Of a stretch of 64,000 bases of DNA, positions 12,136 through 25,090 are shown in pieces. A model generated the notes under the pieces. That model ran no database searches, was not told the DNA's origin, and saw nothing but the letters and a program-made list of their open reading frames with translations. The DNA is from Octopus sinensis (taxonomy: Eukaryota): assembly GCF_006345805.1 (NCBI RefSeq), contig NC_043001.1, forward strand, positions 114,700,001-114,764,000. Reading direction: 5' to 3'. Both the position numbers and the translations under genes were made by a program. Numbering within the stretch: the first letter of the stretch is position 1; each line of letters opens with the position of its first letter.

Positions 12136-12630
12136 TAGTTGAGAGCAGTAGTCCAAGCGGCTGAGAACGTATGTCCTCCAAAGGATCAAGGTGTCCTTTT
12201 CTCTTGTTTTGAAAGTTCGGTGGATCCATCCACTTAGCCGTCTGCATTTTAAAGCCAAATTGGTAACCTGCACTTGTAAAGATGCATTATTGCTCATGTC
12301 AATGGTCAGGTCACCCACTGATTTTGATTCAGGAATTTCAATTCCTCCTGGGCCAGTATACCCTGTCTGCATGTCGTTTAGCTTTGCGTGCTGGTAGGGC
12401 CTGGAATTTTCCTACATGAAACTGCATACTGTTGTCCTCAGCGCACCAGTATATTGCGTCTGAAACCCGTTTCAGATGTGCAATATTTCCAGGATTTTGT
12501 ACTGTCTGAGAGACTTTTGTGTCATCTGCATAGCTTGCAAGGCTGGCTATCTGCGCAGCCGAGAGCAAGTCTGAGAGGACCACTATGAATAGCAGTGGCC
12601 CTCAAGACAGTGCCCTGTGGAACACCTTTC
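12136..12630 (-). mobile_element. CR1/Jockey-group LINE reverse transcriptase fragment
   Basis: KGVPQGTVL (12602-12630), YADDTK (YADD at 12521-12532), then DLTIDMS...WIHRTFKTRE...YVLSRLDYCSQL; frameshifted. Confidence 0.9.
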
Positions 12631-13012
12631 CCCTTTGTGCATCCTTGGAGGTGGCTCCGTTGGCCACTACTGCCTGACCTCTATCTGCACACTTGTACAA
12701 ATAAATGTATGTGTACGCATTATCATATAGGCCTGCGTACTTGTATATTTAAACCCGTACGCATGCATATATATACACATACAGAGATGTACATAGACAT
12801 GTATATACGTGTATACACATGTAGAATGTCTAGTAATATTTATTTGACTCTTCCATATTAAGATTCATGGCGCAGTTCTTAAGACTTTAAAGAAAGCAGA
12901 TGATCCACCCGAGTAGTCAATTAAACCGTACCTCTTACGATTTTCGAGACGCACAGCTCTGAAACAATATCAGAGTTCAGAAAATGAGAAACGAAATTTA
13001 TTGCAGTATATA

Positions 13013-13410
13013 GGCGCAGGAGTGGCTGTGTGGTAAGTAGCTTGCCAACCAACCACATGGTTCCGGGTTCAGTCCCACTGCGTGGCATCTTGGGCAAGTG
13101 TCTTCTGCTACAGTCTCGGGCCGACCAATGCCTTGTGAGTGGATTTGGTAGACGGAAACTGAAAGAAGCTCGTCGTATATATGTATATATATGTATGTGC
13201 GTGTATGTTTGTGTGTCTGTGTTTGTCCCCTAGCATTGCTTGACAACCGATGCTGGTGTTTATGTCCCCGTCACTTAGCGGTTCGGCAAAAGAGACCGAT
13301 ATAGAATAGACTGGGCTTACAAAGAATAATTCCCGGGGTCAAGTTGCTCGATTAAAGGCGGTGCACCAGCATGGCCGCAGTCAAAATGACTGAAACATGT
13401 AAAAATAAAA
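13013..13410 (+). mobile_element. tRNA-derived SINE family A, full length
   Basis: A-box-like TGGCTGTGTGG, B-box-like GGTTCAGTCC, central CTTGGGCAAGTG, internal TA/TG tract, GAAAC..GTAAAA tail. Confidence 0.9.
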
Positions 13411-14002
13411 TATATTTATATATATCCTAGTAACTAATTTTTGTCATACTTATTGAATGTTCTCCTAATGTGCTTCCATATTACTTTTTAATACGCTTGT
13501 AAATTTCGAAATAAGAATTATGAAATAAAAAGGGTGAAAACTGTATAAGATCATTAAAATCACCTCAATAAGGAAATGGTGATCATAATGTTGAGAAAAA
13601 AGACATAATCAAAATATTAATTTTAAAAACTTTAGATTAAGTAATTTAATTAAATATTAACATTGATTAATTTCAATGAAAAATACATTTAAGAAATTGC
13701 TAATTAGGTAAAGATGTGTGAGCGCTCACAAATTATATACACCTATATAAACATATCGTACAATATGTGTCTAGATTGTATATGTACATATAGTTTTGTG
13801 TTAACTGAGTTAGCTGCAAAACGCAATCACACAGACACACAAATGCACATACTTATGAAGAATTAGATACCTTAATATATAGATAAGCATGTATGCAAAT
13901 GTGGGTGTGTATGCCCCATATACAGACATGGTATTTAGCTATATGTATGTATGTATATATACATACACACACAAATGAATACATACATATATGTGTATGT
14001 GC

Positions 14003-14049
<47 letters not shown>

Positions 14050-14793
14050 TATATATATATTTATATTTCATTTGTGTATGTATATATATATATATACACA
14101 ACTGAATACATATATATATATTATTTATATATATGTGTGTGTGGGTATATATATATATATATATATATGTGTGTATATAATATGCATATATACATACATA
14201 CCACACACATATATATACTTAGACATACTTTCAAATGCTTATATGCATATACATATATTTGTAAGTATATCTTCATACATGTGTCTCTATGTGTATATAT
14301 TATACAGCTAAAAATATGTATATACGTACGCATGTATTTATAATCGTTCATTAAATTGTTATTTTGTCTTATTGAATGGTTAGAGGCGTTCTTGCTGTTA
14401 TAGATTTCTTATTTTAACTGCATATTGTCCTCCTTTTTTTTTTCTGTAAAATTTTAACTTACAAAACATGGCAATAATTTTGACAGCTTTGGCACGACTC
14501 TCTTCCATAATGTAAAACATCTAGAACAAGATTTTTCCATTTTGAATATTTTTGAATAAATTCTAAATGAAGACGCAGCTCGCATATTATTTAGTTTTGT
14601 GACAAAGTGTGTTGTGCTAATGCATAAAAGTATCTAATAAATGCAGGCTAAAAATCAGCATTTTCTCTCTTCTTTTTCTGTGTATCTAGAAAAATGTATA
14701 TTGAACTACGCAGCTATGTATACATCTGTATGCATAGCATACGTATATATATATATATAATATATATATATATAATATATATATATAATATAT

Positions 14794-14858
<65 letters not shown>

Positions 14859-15224
14859 CTGTATACATAGCATGCGGATATATATATATTCTGTTTCTGG
14901 GAATAAATTGCATTATTGCATTATATGTATGTAATTTGTTGTATAAATTATTTGATATTTTATACAAGGATAACTACATACATATATTCCTGTATTCCTC
15001 TAGAATTGAAAATGTTGAAAGCTGAGATGTAAAGCCCTATGCGTAAGAATTATAAGCAACGTAAACAAAAGCAATATTATTAGAAGTGATGCATTGACTG
15101 AGGAAAGATATTTAGCAGCAGCTGAAGCTAAGTTTCGAGTCTTTTCTGCTATAAGCATCAGGCCTGATATTTTAGATGAATGGGCTTATTGATTACATCA
15201 TCCCCAGTAATCAGAAAGTATTTA

Positions 15225-15335
15225 TTTTATCGACCCCGAAAGGCGGAAAGGCCAAGTAAATCTCAGGACCGAAAACCAGAAGAAATGCTGTTGAGCATTT
15301 TGTGCGGCCTGCAAACGATTTTGCCAGCTCGCCGC
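15225..15335 (-). mobile_element. Diverged SINE family B fragment
   Basis: Reverse complement GCGGCGAGCTGGCAAAATCGTT...TTTCGGGGTCGATAAAAT. Confidence 0.7.
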
Positions 15336-16439
15336 ATTTAATAATAAATACATTTTTGTTGTAAAGGCCTAACAGACAGAAGTCCCAATCGCTCATCTGT
15401 CCACTACACCGCCAGAAAACTACTACACTAATCGAAAACAACAGCATCTAATGCATAATCTCTTTTATATGGGGACTGATTTTATAATAAGGGATTCGCT
15501 TTCCGAACATATAGGTTTTAGTTTCACTATGAAGCATTTTGGGCAATCCCCTGCTAAAACAAGATCTTTTCCACTGAGTTACAAGGCCTATCTCGCGTTC
15601 GTGCCACCAGAAATGGAGTTTAAAAAATACTGACTCTTCGAAAAATCACAACAACAACAATGTTGCTCACTAAATATAATATTAAATGTGGAATAAATAA
15701 ATACTGTTCACTAATTGCAGTAGGAACGTAAAATAAAATTATTTATGTAGCTGTAATAATCACGTGAGTAATCAAATGCAAGACTAATACCTTTATACTA
15801 TATTTGCATATAGATTAAAATGTTGTCAAATACATAAGTTTAGTTTGATTTAAAATCTTTCCTTGGAATTCGCTTTATATAATGTACATATTCGTTAAAA
15901 AATATAATTGGTTAACAGACTTCACCGTTTTACTGAGATATTCAATGTAGACACTAGAACAAGATGCACGCTGCTTTATTAGAAACTGTCATTGCAAGGG
16001 ATAGCATAGTACAGTGAATGTAATAAAACGATGCAGAAGTTTTAATAAAGCATGTCAGCCTGTCATCTAAAAACAGTTATTGCTGTTATTACTAGTGAGA
16101 AAAAGAAGCAAAAACGTTTCTGTAAAATTTATAGATAAAACAACTTTGATTTTTTGGTTTGTTAGATCAAGATTTTTAATTTTCCATGAGAATCAATTTA
16201 GACATTCGAAAAGAAGTATTTAAAAATTCCTTACAACTGTGGATAAAGGGATATCAAGATTTAAGATATAAGCAATTTGTGTCATTTGTTCACTAAAATA
16301 AAAATGCAAGTGCAAAAATATTATTCAGTAATTATATAAAGCTATTTTATACAAATTTCCGTTTATTTCAGTGGAAAATATTTAAAGAAAATACCAAAGA
16401 AAAGTTGGTGTGGTCGGCGTCGGTAGAAATTATACAGGA

Positions 16440-17100
16440 ATTAAGATCAGTTCATACACCATAGGAGAGAGAAAACCCCGACTATGAGGGCGTGATTTTT
16501 CGTTACAGAGCTTTAACTAAGCATAACAATTTAACTAAACATAATTTTTTCTGTCACTTAGGCAATGCCATATCAGTAAAACCATGAGTTCGCCTTTACT
16601 GGCGTCATACAAATTCTTCCAAAATTGTAAACTTTATTTAAACCATATAGGCAATATTCGAACATGAGAATGCACTTTCCATTGAAAAATTCTAATAAAA
16701 TCTGAAAGTGTCCTTTGCTGTCGCCAGTTGTACTTATAGACAATGTCCACTTCCATTTCTATCATCTTTATTTACAAAAAAAAAAAAATTATTGGCATTA
16801 TTTCGCTTACTTTATGTTTTTCGAATTTATTCATTGTCACCCAGTGCATCGCTACTCTCAATAAATCGAATTTCACTCAGTATTGTACAAGATCAAGACT
16901 TGGAAGCTTTGGTTATGTACATTAATAATCTTCACGCAGAACACTATGGTAAACTGAAAAACATTGCTAAATCCAGGATCTTTTAATGAAAACCATATGA
17001 TTTATTTATTATAGAACGTTGCGAATTTATTCATAACTGAAAATTTTGCAAGGGATTTGATCAGAAAGATTTAAGCATTACATGTCGTAATCCAGAAGCA
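16440..17100 (+). mobile_element. Possible decayed hAT (Charlie/GTF2IRD2-like) transposase remnant
   Basis: Stop-riddled frame with KIVNFI and LLSINRISLSIVQDQDLEALVMYINNLHAEHYGKLKNI..PYDLF, resembling DDL..Y..HL..LH.D...F.D......PF of this group. Recognition only, no alignment. Confidence 0.35.
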
Positions 17101-17793
17101 CAGGTATTTACTGGGAAAGTTCATTTCTTTGCTTTTATGTCAGTTATACACACAACTTAAAACAAAAATGCAACCTATGTAAAATTTTAAACTATTTTAA
17201 ATCGTTCATGATATTTGCCGGAAATTTCCATTATACTACAGCCTTGTCGATTAAGTACATTTCCTCGTGTACATATGCAAAATTCTTGGCTTTTTCCAGT
17301 TCGTTTATTTCTGTTAAAGTCAAGTAAATAATTTATCTTTAACTCTTTTAAAATGAATACATTTTTTACAAACCATGAATTGAATATGTTCATCAAAATC
17401 GATTACTGCAATTGTTCAGAATAATACAAAATGGGCAGCGTTCGAAGCTTCTGATCGAAGAAGGCTACCTGCAGTGAAAACTTGAAATCATTGTCAGTAG
17501 TCAAAAACTTCCTGATGTTTACATATGTCGATTTTTAACAGATAAATTTTTATTCTTTTAGAACATTTTGAATTTAACATTAAATCATGATATATAAATA
17601 TCAAGAGCGTTGCATATTTCCATATAAAGGATATCAATTGTAAGTTATCGAGAAAGAATAAAGAAATCAAAATTCTGTAGCAAAATAATATAGTCAGGAA
17701 CATTTTGAATGTTGTGCTCACATGTCTTCCAGCTAAAATACGTACGATAGGGTATTAATTCGAGGATGAAAACCATAACACAAGCCTTGTAAA

Positions 17794-17889
17794 AAATTCA
17801 GAGATTGCATCAAGGCGGACCTGAAGGATCTGCCAACTGATTTAAATCGTTGAGAAGAGGAAACACTACGTCGATTAAATTGGAGAACG
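17794..17889 (+). mobile_element. RTE-clade LINE C-terminal remnant
   Basis: KFRDCIKADLKDLPTDLNR*EEETLRRLNWRT resembles the RTE KR(F/Y)KD.LK.DLK....W...A..R..WR motif. Confidence 0.6.
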
Positions 17890-18044
17890 TAGATTATATC
17901 AGCATATAAAATAAGTACATACATATATGTATATATATATATATATTATATATATTTATATTTATATATGTATGCATGTATGTATGTATATACAAAGGAA
18001 AATAGGACAGGGTAGAAAGTGCTAAATTAATTTCATCAGGAAGA

Positions 18045-18827
18045 ACCTTTTAGTTCAACTTTCGAAATATGGGTCCAACGATTTGGACCATATACATTCA
18101 CTAACTGAAGAACTTTCACATTTTCCTCTTTTATCCATGATCCTTTACTAGTACAGGGTTCAGTACTTTCAACTAGCGTTGACACTGTACACATGTATGG
18201 TCATGTAAGAAGCCAGCAATTAACTTGCAATCATTAGGTCCATGTTGCCCAACAAACTCTTTCAGGAGATTATCTTTCATCTTTAGTCCATCGACCTTTA
18301 TTATTTTATTGCTTGAACTGAATGATATATTATAATCGTCGTGGAGGCGCAATGGCCCAGTGGTTAGGGCAGCGGACTCGCGGTCATAGGATCGCAGTTT
18401 CGATTCCCAGACCGGGCGTTGTGGGTGTTTATTGAGCTAAAACACCTAAAAGCTCCACGAGGCTCCGGCAGGGGATGGTGGTGATCCCTGCTGTACTCTT
18501 TCACCACAACTTTCTCTCACTCTTCCTGTTTCTGTTGTACCTGTATTTCAAAGGGCCGGCCTTGTCACTGTCTGTGTCACGCTGAATATCCCCGAGAACT
18601 ACGTTAAGGGTACACGTGTCTGTGGAGTGCCCAGCCACTTGCACGTTAATTTCACGAGCAGGTTGTTCCGTTGATTCGGATCAACCGGAACCCTCGTCGT
18701 CGTGACCGACGGAGTGCTTCCATTATAATCGTGATCCAATACCTCATGATCAGTGTCATCCTAACTTTTGAATGACTGTCGATTACTGCCTCCAATCTTA
18801 TGATGCTTACTCACTACGATTGACCAT
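18045..18827 (-). pseudogene. Myb: Decayed intronless 3R-Myb (c-Myb/B-Myb family) pseudogene: N-terminus, repeat R1 and most of R2, interrupted by a SINE
   Basis: After removing the SINE and one TSD: S*DDTDHEVLDHDYNISFSSSNK/NKGRWTKDE/DNLLKEFVGQHGPNDCKLIAGFLHDHTCVQCQR*LKVLNPVLV/KGSWIKEENVKVLQLVNVYGPNRWTHISKVELKG (/ = frameshift). Collinear with c-Myb DHDY...RWTREEDEKLK...VQCQHRWQKVLNPELIKGPWTKEED..V..LV..YGPKRW..IAKHLKG. The 5' limit at 18827 is tentative. Confidence 0.88.
18340..18721 (+). mobile_element. Full-length tRNA-derived SINE with 11-bp target-site duplication
   Basis: A-box TGGCCCAGTGG 18353-63, B-box GTTTCGATTCC 18397-407; TSD ATTATAATCGT at 18329-39 and 18722-32; second copy at 31066-31357. 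Confidence 0.93.
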
Positions 18828-18854
18828 ATAATTAATGAATTGTATCTCCACAAC

Positions 18855-19125
18855 AAGACACACGTGATCATGTGACCGACCAGGTTATCAGATGGTGTAA
18901 AACATCGCTGGTTACAATACGTTTTGTCATAGTATTATCCATCAAATGACGGCACCGTGCAGATTAGGCAAGCAGGTCAACTACCCACCACCCGCCGATT
19001 GAAAGGAGGACTGGAGAAAAGTGAAATGAATTGTTTTGCTGTAGAGCACCACACGCCGCCCAGTCAGCGAATCGAACCTACGTTCTGGCGATCGCGAGTG
19101 CAACAGCTTATTCATTAGGCCTCAT
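18855..19125 (-). mobile_element. Diverged SINE family C (CORE/Meta-like centre)
   Basis: Reverse complement resembles 26814-27010: tRNA-like head, GGTTCGATTCG B-box, GCAAAACAATTCATTTCAC centre. Confidence 0.6.
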
Positions 19126-19169
19126 ACATTGATAACATTGATATATATATATATATATATATGCCACTC

Positions 19170-19330
19170 TAATCATGTCCATGACTCTTCCTCTTTTTTT
19201 CGTCCGCTTGACGAAGAGCTCCGCTCGAAACGTTAGATCCTCCTTTCTTTACATTCCTGAGCGTCCAATAACATTATACTTGTTCCACGTCCTAGCATTG
19301 ATGTTCTCTTTGTTCATGTTTGGATTAACT
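19170..19330 (+). mobile_element. PLE-like terminal-repeat remnant with a minimal hammerhead-like motif, between (TA)n tracts
   Basis: TTGACGA(19208-14) A GAGC-TCC-GCTC GAAAC GTT(19232-34); C3 is mutated and stem I is poor. Confidence 0.45.
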
Positions 19331-20005
19331 ATATATATATATATATAACCTGATAAAAATCATTAACGTAATGTTATCCTAGTATTCTATTATGAATTAA
19401 TAAATAAAATTAAATAATTATCTTTACCCCCGATCGGAATAGCATTTCCCGCGCAGCTATTTTGATAATATACACATGGTTGTCGTGAAAAAGTATAAAT
19501 CTGCCTTACCTTTGATCTATACATGCAAATATTTTTCGCCCTTGCTCCCTTAATATAAATATATACCTATATATTAATTTTAAGCGTTTATATATATGCA
19601 TATAGAGTTATATCGGTGAAGGTGAGAACAGCGGTGAGAATGGGATGGTAACGTTACTATAGCTCTCATATAACAGAGATAGGGAGTCTTATATCAGGGA
19701 AATCGAGAATAGCAGTATGATTGGGATAGTGACGCTAATAAAGCTGTCAAATACACGCGACGCTGCATATATGATTTCGTAAATACATAGACGCAACACA
19801 CATACATACACAGAAAGGAGGGTGTGAGGAATACGTAATTTTCAGGAGAGGCGGGTAGGTGGCTGCTCTGTTGTCCATCGTAAAGAAACACTCACACAAA
19901 CACACACATACATACATACGTCCATACATATGTTTACTATATACCATTTTGAACGCGTGATTATCTGTGTGTACGTCTATAATAAATGTGTGTGTGAGTG
20001 TGTGC

Positions 20006-20070
<65 letters not shown>

Positions 20071-20589
20071 TCTGTCACGTCCTATAACTATCTATCTCCT
20101 AACTATTGTAGGGTCTCCCCTTTTGCAGTCATATATTGTGAGATTTTAAAATTGAATTAAAAGTTTCAAAATTGGTATATTGAAATAACTTTCCACGTTA
20201 AATCCGATTTTGTTATTTATTCGTTCCTTACATCCACTTGAATTATAGCCGAATTGGATTTCAATAAAAATCTATAATGCCATCCCACTAGGGAGCGGGA
20301 CCGTAGCACATGTTTACAAATTAGCTGCGTTAAGCTACGACACGCAAAACGCCAGCTGCAATACGCTGACCATTTGTCAATGTATTTCTAAGTTTATTTA
20401 TCTAATTTATTTTACTCAGCTGCGTATTCGTTCGTTAAAATAATATAGAGACATCACTTATTCACCCACTAATTGTATTAAAAGTTTGTAATATCTATTT
20501 TTAGTAATAACCTATTACCATAAATATTAATAAAATATTTAATGGGTTAATATTACCTAACAGATTCTAAAAATTATATATTGACATAG

Positions 20590-20722
20590 AATTGGGGATA
20601 GGAATGGGTGTAGAACTAAAACGGGAACTGAACAGGGGACGGGATAGGACTTGAAACGGTAATGGGAACGGGAACTGGAAATAACACCTGCTTTTCCGGG
20701 AAGTACCGGGTAATTCATCTAA
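20590..20722 (+). mobile_element. Probable Helitron 3' terminus
   Basis: CCGG-GAAGTA-CCGG hairpin followed about 10 nt later by CTAA|T (CTRR), the same layout as the 45643-46016 element; 5' end not located. Confidence 0.45.
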
Positions 20723-21148
20723 TATATATACATATATTCGTCTGCCGTAAGGCATTATCTTTCAGAATACGCCAGCTAAGTTGAACTGTCTAAAGTCGAA
20801 AGACGCCTGTTGTTTTTGTCCTGTTATTATTATTATTATTATCTTTTGTATTTATATTCGTATTACTTTTTTGTTTTTTTGTATTTATATTCGTGTAACA
20901 TCGTCCGTTTTTCTGTCCGTGTTTCGTATACGTTCGATCCTTTTTCCAATAACTCTAATGCTCGTAGCTTAGTTTTTCCTTGGAATTGGCCGGATCGGAG
21001 CATTCTCAAGATTAATCAGCCGAAATTGCGAGGATGATCCGGTTCTTGACTGAAGATTAGAGGCTTCGAGTGACCCGTCCGTTTTTTGTATCGTCTATTT
21101 GAATGTTTTGCGTTCTTGTCCCATTTTGTAATTTTATATATATTTTTT

Positions 21149-21189
<41 letters not shown>

Positions 21190-23174
21190 TCTGTCAGTCT
21201 GTCTGTGTGGTGTCTGAGTGTATATATATATACATGCACACATACACGTTTGCAGTGGATATGTATAGCAGGTTAAATCAAAACCATTACGTGTCAGTCT
21301 ATCATACTGATCCTTGCAGAATAAAATAACGCACAGAAAAGACAAATGTATGCGGAATTTTGTGAGGAAACGACTAAAATTTACATACCAAGAATCATTC
21401 TCCCCGAATCCCTTCCGTCCTTGCCATTCTATGCGGTTTCATATTTAATAAGTTATTAAATTTGAAGTTTCACCATGAACAGAATAACGAATCCCGTTGA
21501 CTCCGATAATTCGAAGTAACCTCCAACCTTAGTAAATGCAAATTTTATACACTCGTTTTTTAAAACCACATATTTCTAAATTATCAAATCCTAAGATAGT
21601 TTTTCTGCACTTGATTCCAGCAATAATGACCTCCGTACATCATTCAAAAAGAACTGAAATAATGTGATGCACTGTATGATATAGCTTCAGTTTTCTAAAA
21701 GTTTCCATTAAATTGCAACATATTGAAATTTGAAAATTTTAAAAACATTTTATGAAGTAAAATTCTTTTCCTGCTAACAATAGCAAAAAATCAAGAAAAA
21801 AGTAATTGAATATGTATTATCTTCGTATGTACTTATCTAGAAGGAAAAAATATATAGTATACTCTTAAAGTAATGGATTATACCGTGAGAATAACGTGTC
21901 AATGCTCTATAAAATCATATTCAAAAATCATATGTACATCAAAATGTGTAATTCTTTCAGATATACTTGCATGTTTTTTTCCGAATCTGCATTATTTAAT
22001 AGTAATGACCAATCGAACAGATTGATTCTAGAATGTCAGGATTCTTGTCAGTTCGTGATAAAGGGTACGATATTTTTAATGCATATATTTAAATTATATA
22101 TAAAATCTTTTCACAATTTTACTACAATTTATTTTTCAACGGTAATCAACCAGCTGGCATACCTACCTTACATTCTGTTTATGTAATTATTTGCCTACCT
22201 GCCTATTCATATATTCATGAATAGATGCATGCCCCAATCGATATAGTTATCTATTTCGCTATGATACACAATGAACGACAAGGCAGTATATTGGATTACT
22301 TATAATTGTTTTCTATATGTGTTTCTTATTTTGAAAATATTGAACATATTCCTGATTAAGTCAAGTATGAACTTGTATACGTGGAAGGAACCCATTTTAA
22401 AGCTATATATTTAATCGGTAAGAGAGCTTCAGTTGTCCTTTATTATTGCAAATGTTAAATGATTATTCCTGAATTTGAATATTTCTACTATACAAAATAA
22501 ATTGTCAGCAAAATAATTTCAGTTTCTTTAACTGAATCCTCCCTCTTATACTAGTAAACGTTTGGACGTAAGACGCATTTACTACATTTACGATTTTCGT
22601 TTTTCGTTAAACGAATATGCAACTATACAAATCATATACAAATAAGTAAATAGTATTTTTTCACATAGATACTAGCTAAAAAGTCCATCCTATGAAACTT
22701 TCATTTGATATGATAAATCTCAAAAGTTTGAAACAATGCCGTAAATATAGGCTGTTTACCTTCCATAGATTTGAAGAGATTGTTGCACATATATTTATAA
22801 TTATTTCTATTGGAGTAACAATAAGCGCGACTGAAAAGTAGACGTTATATTTGCAAGGGTAAAAGTTTATATTTGCAGGAATTTCAATCCTACTTTTGGT
22901 TGTGTAGAAAAGTATATTCTATAGTCTTGGGTCAGCCAAACCGTTATCAATACATTTCTCGTTGGCAGAGACCTCATTGCAGTCAGCCACAAAGACTGCT
23001 CCTGTTGTTTGCCACAGTCTGATGATAATTTCTCTTCTTCATTATTGTGTTGGAGAAATCCTGAAAATATTCGCGACAGCTTCTTTGTCTTCCGTGACAA
23101 AGTGATTTAGGAAGATATGATTGATGGATTCCACAAGATAACATTTTAAACTCAATTGTACATATATAGTTTCT

Positions 23175-23237
<63 letters not shown>

Positions 23238-23302
23238 AGTGTGTGTGTGTGTATCACATTTCTAAATCTCTCAGACAGAGTTATGCAGTAGCAGAACGAT
23301 AA

Positions 23303-23523
23303 AGTGATGGTTTGTTGCCAACCTGATGTGGCAGTCCCAAGGAAGGAAAGGATTTTATTGTTATTTAGCACCAAGAAACACACTTTCTAGTTGGCTACGT
23401 GACTCAAGCATTCTGACACAGAACGCTTGTGTCGCGTAGCCAATTAGAAACGGTATTTCTTGGGGCTAAATAAGAGTAACAGTCTCCTCTTTGCTGGGAC
23501 AGCCACACGAAGTTGCCATCACT
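23303..23523. mobile_element. Fold-back MITE-like palindrome (arms about 105-110 bp, 3-nt loop)
   Basis: Arms meet at CTG-ACA-CAG (23413-21); termini AGTGATGG / CCATCACT. Confidence 0.7.
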
Positions 23524-23532
23524 ATATATATG

Positions 23533-23621
<89 letters not shown>

Positions 23622-23941
23622 TTATACTTATCCTATTATATTAAACTTTTTAATACTTTTTGGTTAGTTTTAAAAAAGATTTAAAGCTTAAAAATTTATA
23701 AATATAATTTTTAAATTTCAAATTTTAATGATTTAAATTTTAAATTATATATTTTTTGTATTTTATATTAATTATATTTATTTTTATGTTTTGGTTTATG
23801 TCTATCACTGTTTCAGTTGCCTAATAGTGGTTTTATCTATAATTTAATTCATATTTATACTGTGAAATTTGATTTAATCCTAAATCTAATTTTTCCCTGT
23901 AAGTTTGGATATACTCCCTAATATTATTATTATAAATATAC

Positions 23942-23986
<45 letters not shown>

Positions 23987-24889
23987 CATGTGTGTGTGTG
24001 TGTATGTGTGTAAGTATGTATGTCTGTGTATACGCATACATGCATACATACATACATACATACATACATACATACATACATAGATACATACATACATACA
24101 TACATACATACATACATGCATACATACATACAGTCTGACCCAAACATCGCTATCCCATTTCGAAATATAATTATACTCAGAAAGATAACAGAAATCCCAT
24201 TCATTAGTTTACAGTCGTTTCTTCTGTAGAACGCAGTACACTCTGATATGAATGATTGTGCAGCATGTCATCGTTGAGTGCATTAGAAGGAAGTCTGTTT
24301 ACTTCGAAATATATTTGGTGTTCTCGCTGGACACTTGAGAGAACACTTTCGATACCCACTAATATTCTTTCTTTTTCTAACACAGCATATCCATAATAGT
24401 TCTTTGCTTCGATCGAATATAACAGTAATGGACATACCGACGGAGTACATACATTAAGTTTAATACATAGATACACAGATCTTTATTTTAAATTATTACT
24501 GCCTAAATTGTGCATAGCGGATCTTTGTTCAGCCGGGCGCCTATTCTCAACGTCAGTGAATATTTATTCATCCATGCATGTGCCAACTACCAATGAAAAC
24601 ACCAAAGAAAGCTGAAATATGTATGTATTACGCGCTGAGTGTTGGGGTGGTGCTTTTACGTCTGCTCCCGATATTTGTGTTTTTAACTTCATATCCATGA
24701 AATATGTTATTGCTGCAATAAAATTCTTATCAAGAGAAAATTTACGTTAGGTATAATACATTGATGGCTCCACATATATTGATATCCATCCATATATGCG
24801 TGTGTTTATGTGAGAATGTCTACGTATATAGTCATGTGTGTGTGTGTGTGTGTGTGTGTGTTTGTGCGTGTGTGTATGTGTGTGTTTTT

Positions 24890-25090
24890 TTCACCACAGA
24901 TTCTTAACAATTGGTGTTGGTGTGTTTACGTCACCGTAACCGAGCGACTCGGCAAAAGAAAACGATAGAATCAGTACTAGGCCCCCAAAATAATAAATCC
25001 TGGAATCGATTTGTTCCACTAAAGAATCCTTGAAGGCGGTGCCCCAGCATGGTCGCAATCAAATGACTGAAATAAGTAAAAAATAAAAGC
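24890..25090 (+). mobile_element. SINE family A, 3' half
   Basis: TTGGTGTGTTTACGTC...GGCGGTGCCCCAGCATGG...GACTGAAATAAGTAAA. Confidence 0.8.

Noticed and set aside
18340-18415. tRNA gene (also the heads at 13013, 26814, 31290 and 57077)
   Set aside because: A/B boxes are present, but there is no complete cloverleaf and each continues into a SINE body; one has a TSD.
20980-21050. HDV-like or twister ribozyme (GGCCGGATC/GATCCGGTT stem)
   Set aside because: Nested hairpins exist, but the HDV P3/L3 pseudoknot and twister loop consensus could not be found.
22867-23100. Host exon candidates (also ORFs 47..268, 43999..44244, 45342..45542 and 59363..59566)
   Set aside because: No recognisable domain or convincing acceptor-donor pair; cannot exclude without RNA-seq or tBLASTn.
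24204-24476. RTE-like remnant (LLLYSIE...FEVNRL...SVLR)
   Set aside because: Resemblance too weak to call without an alignment.
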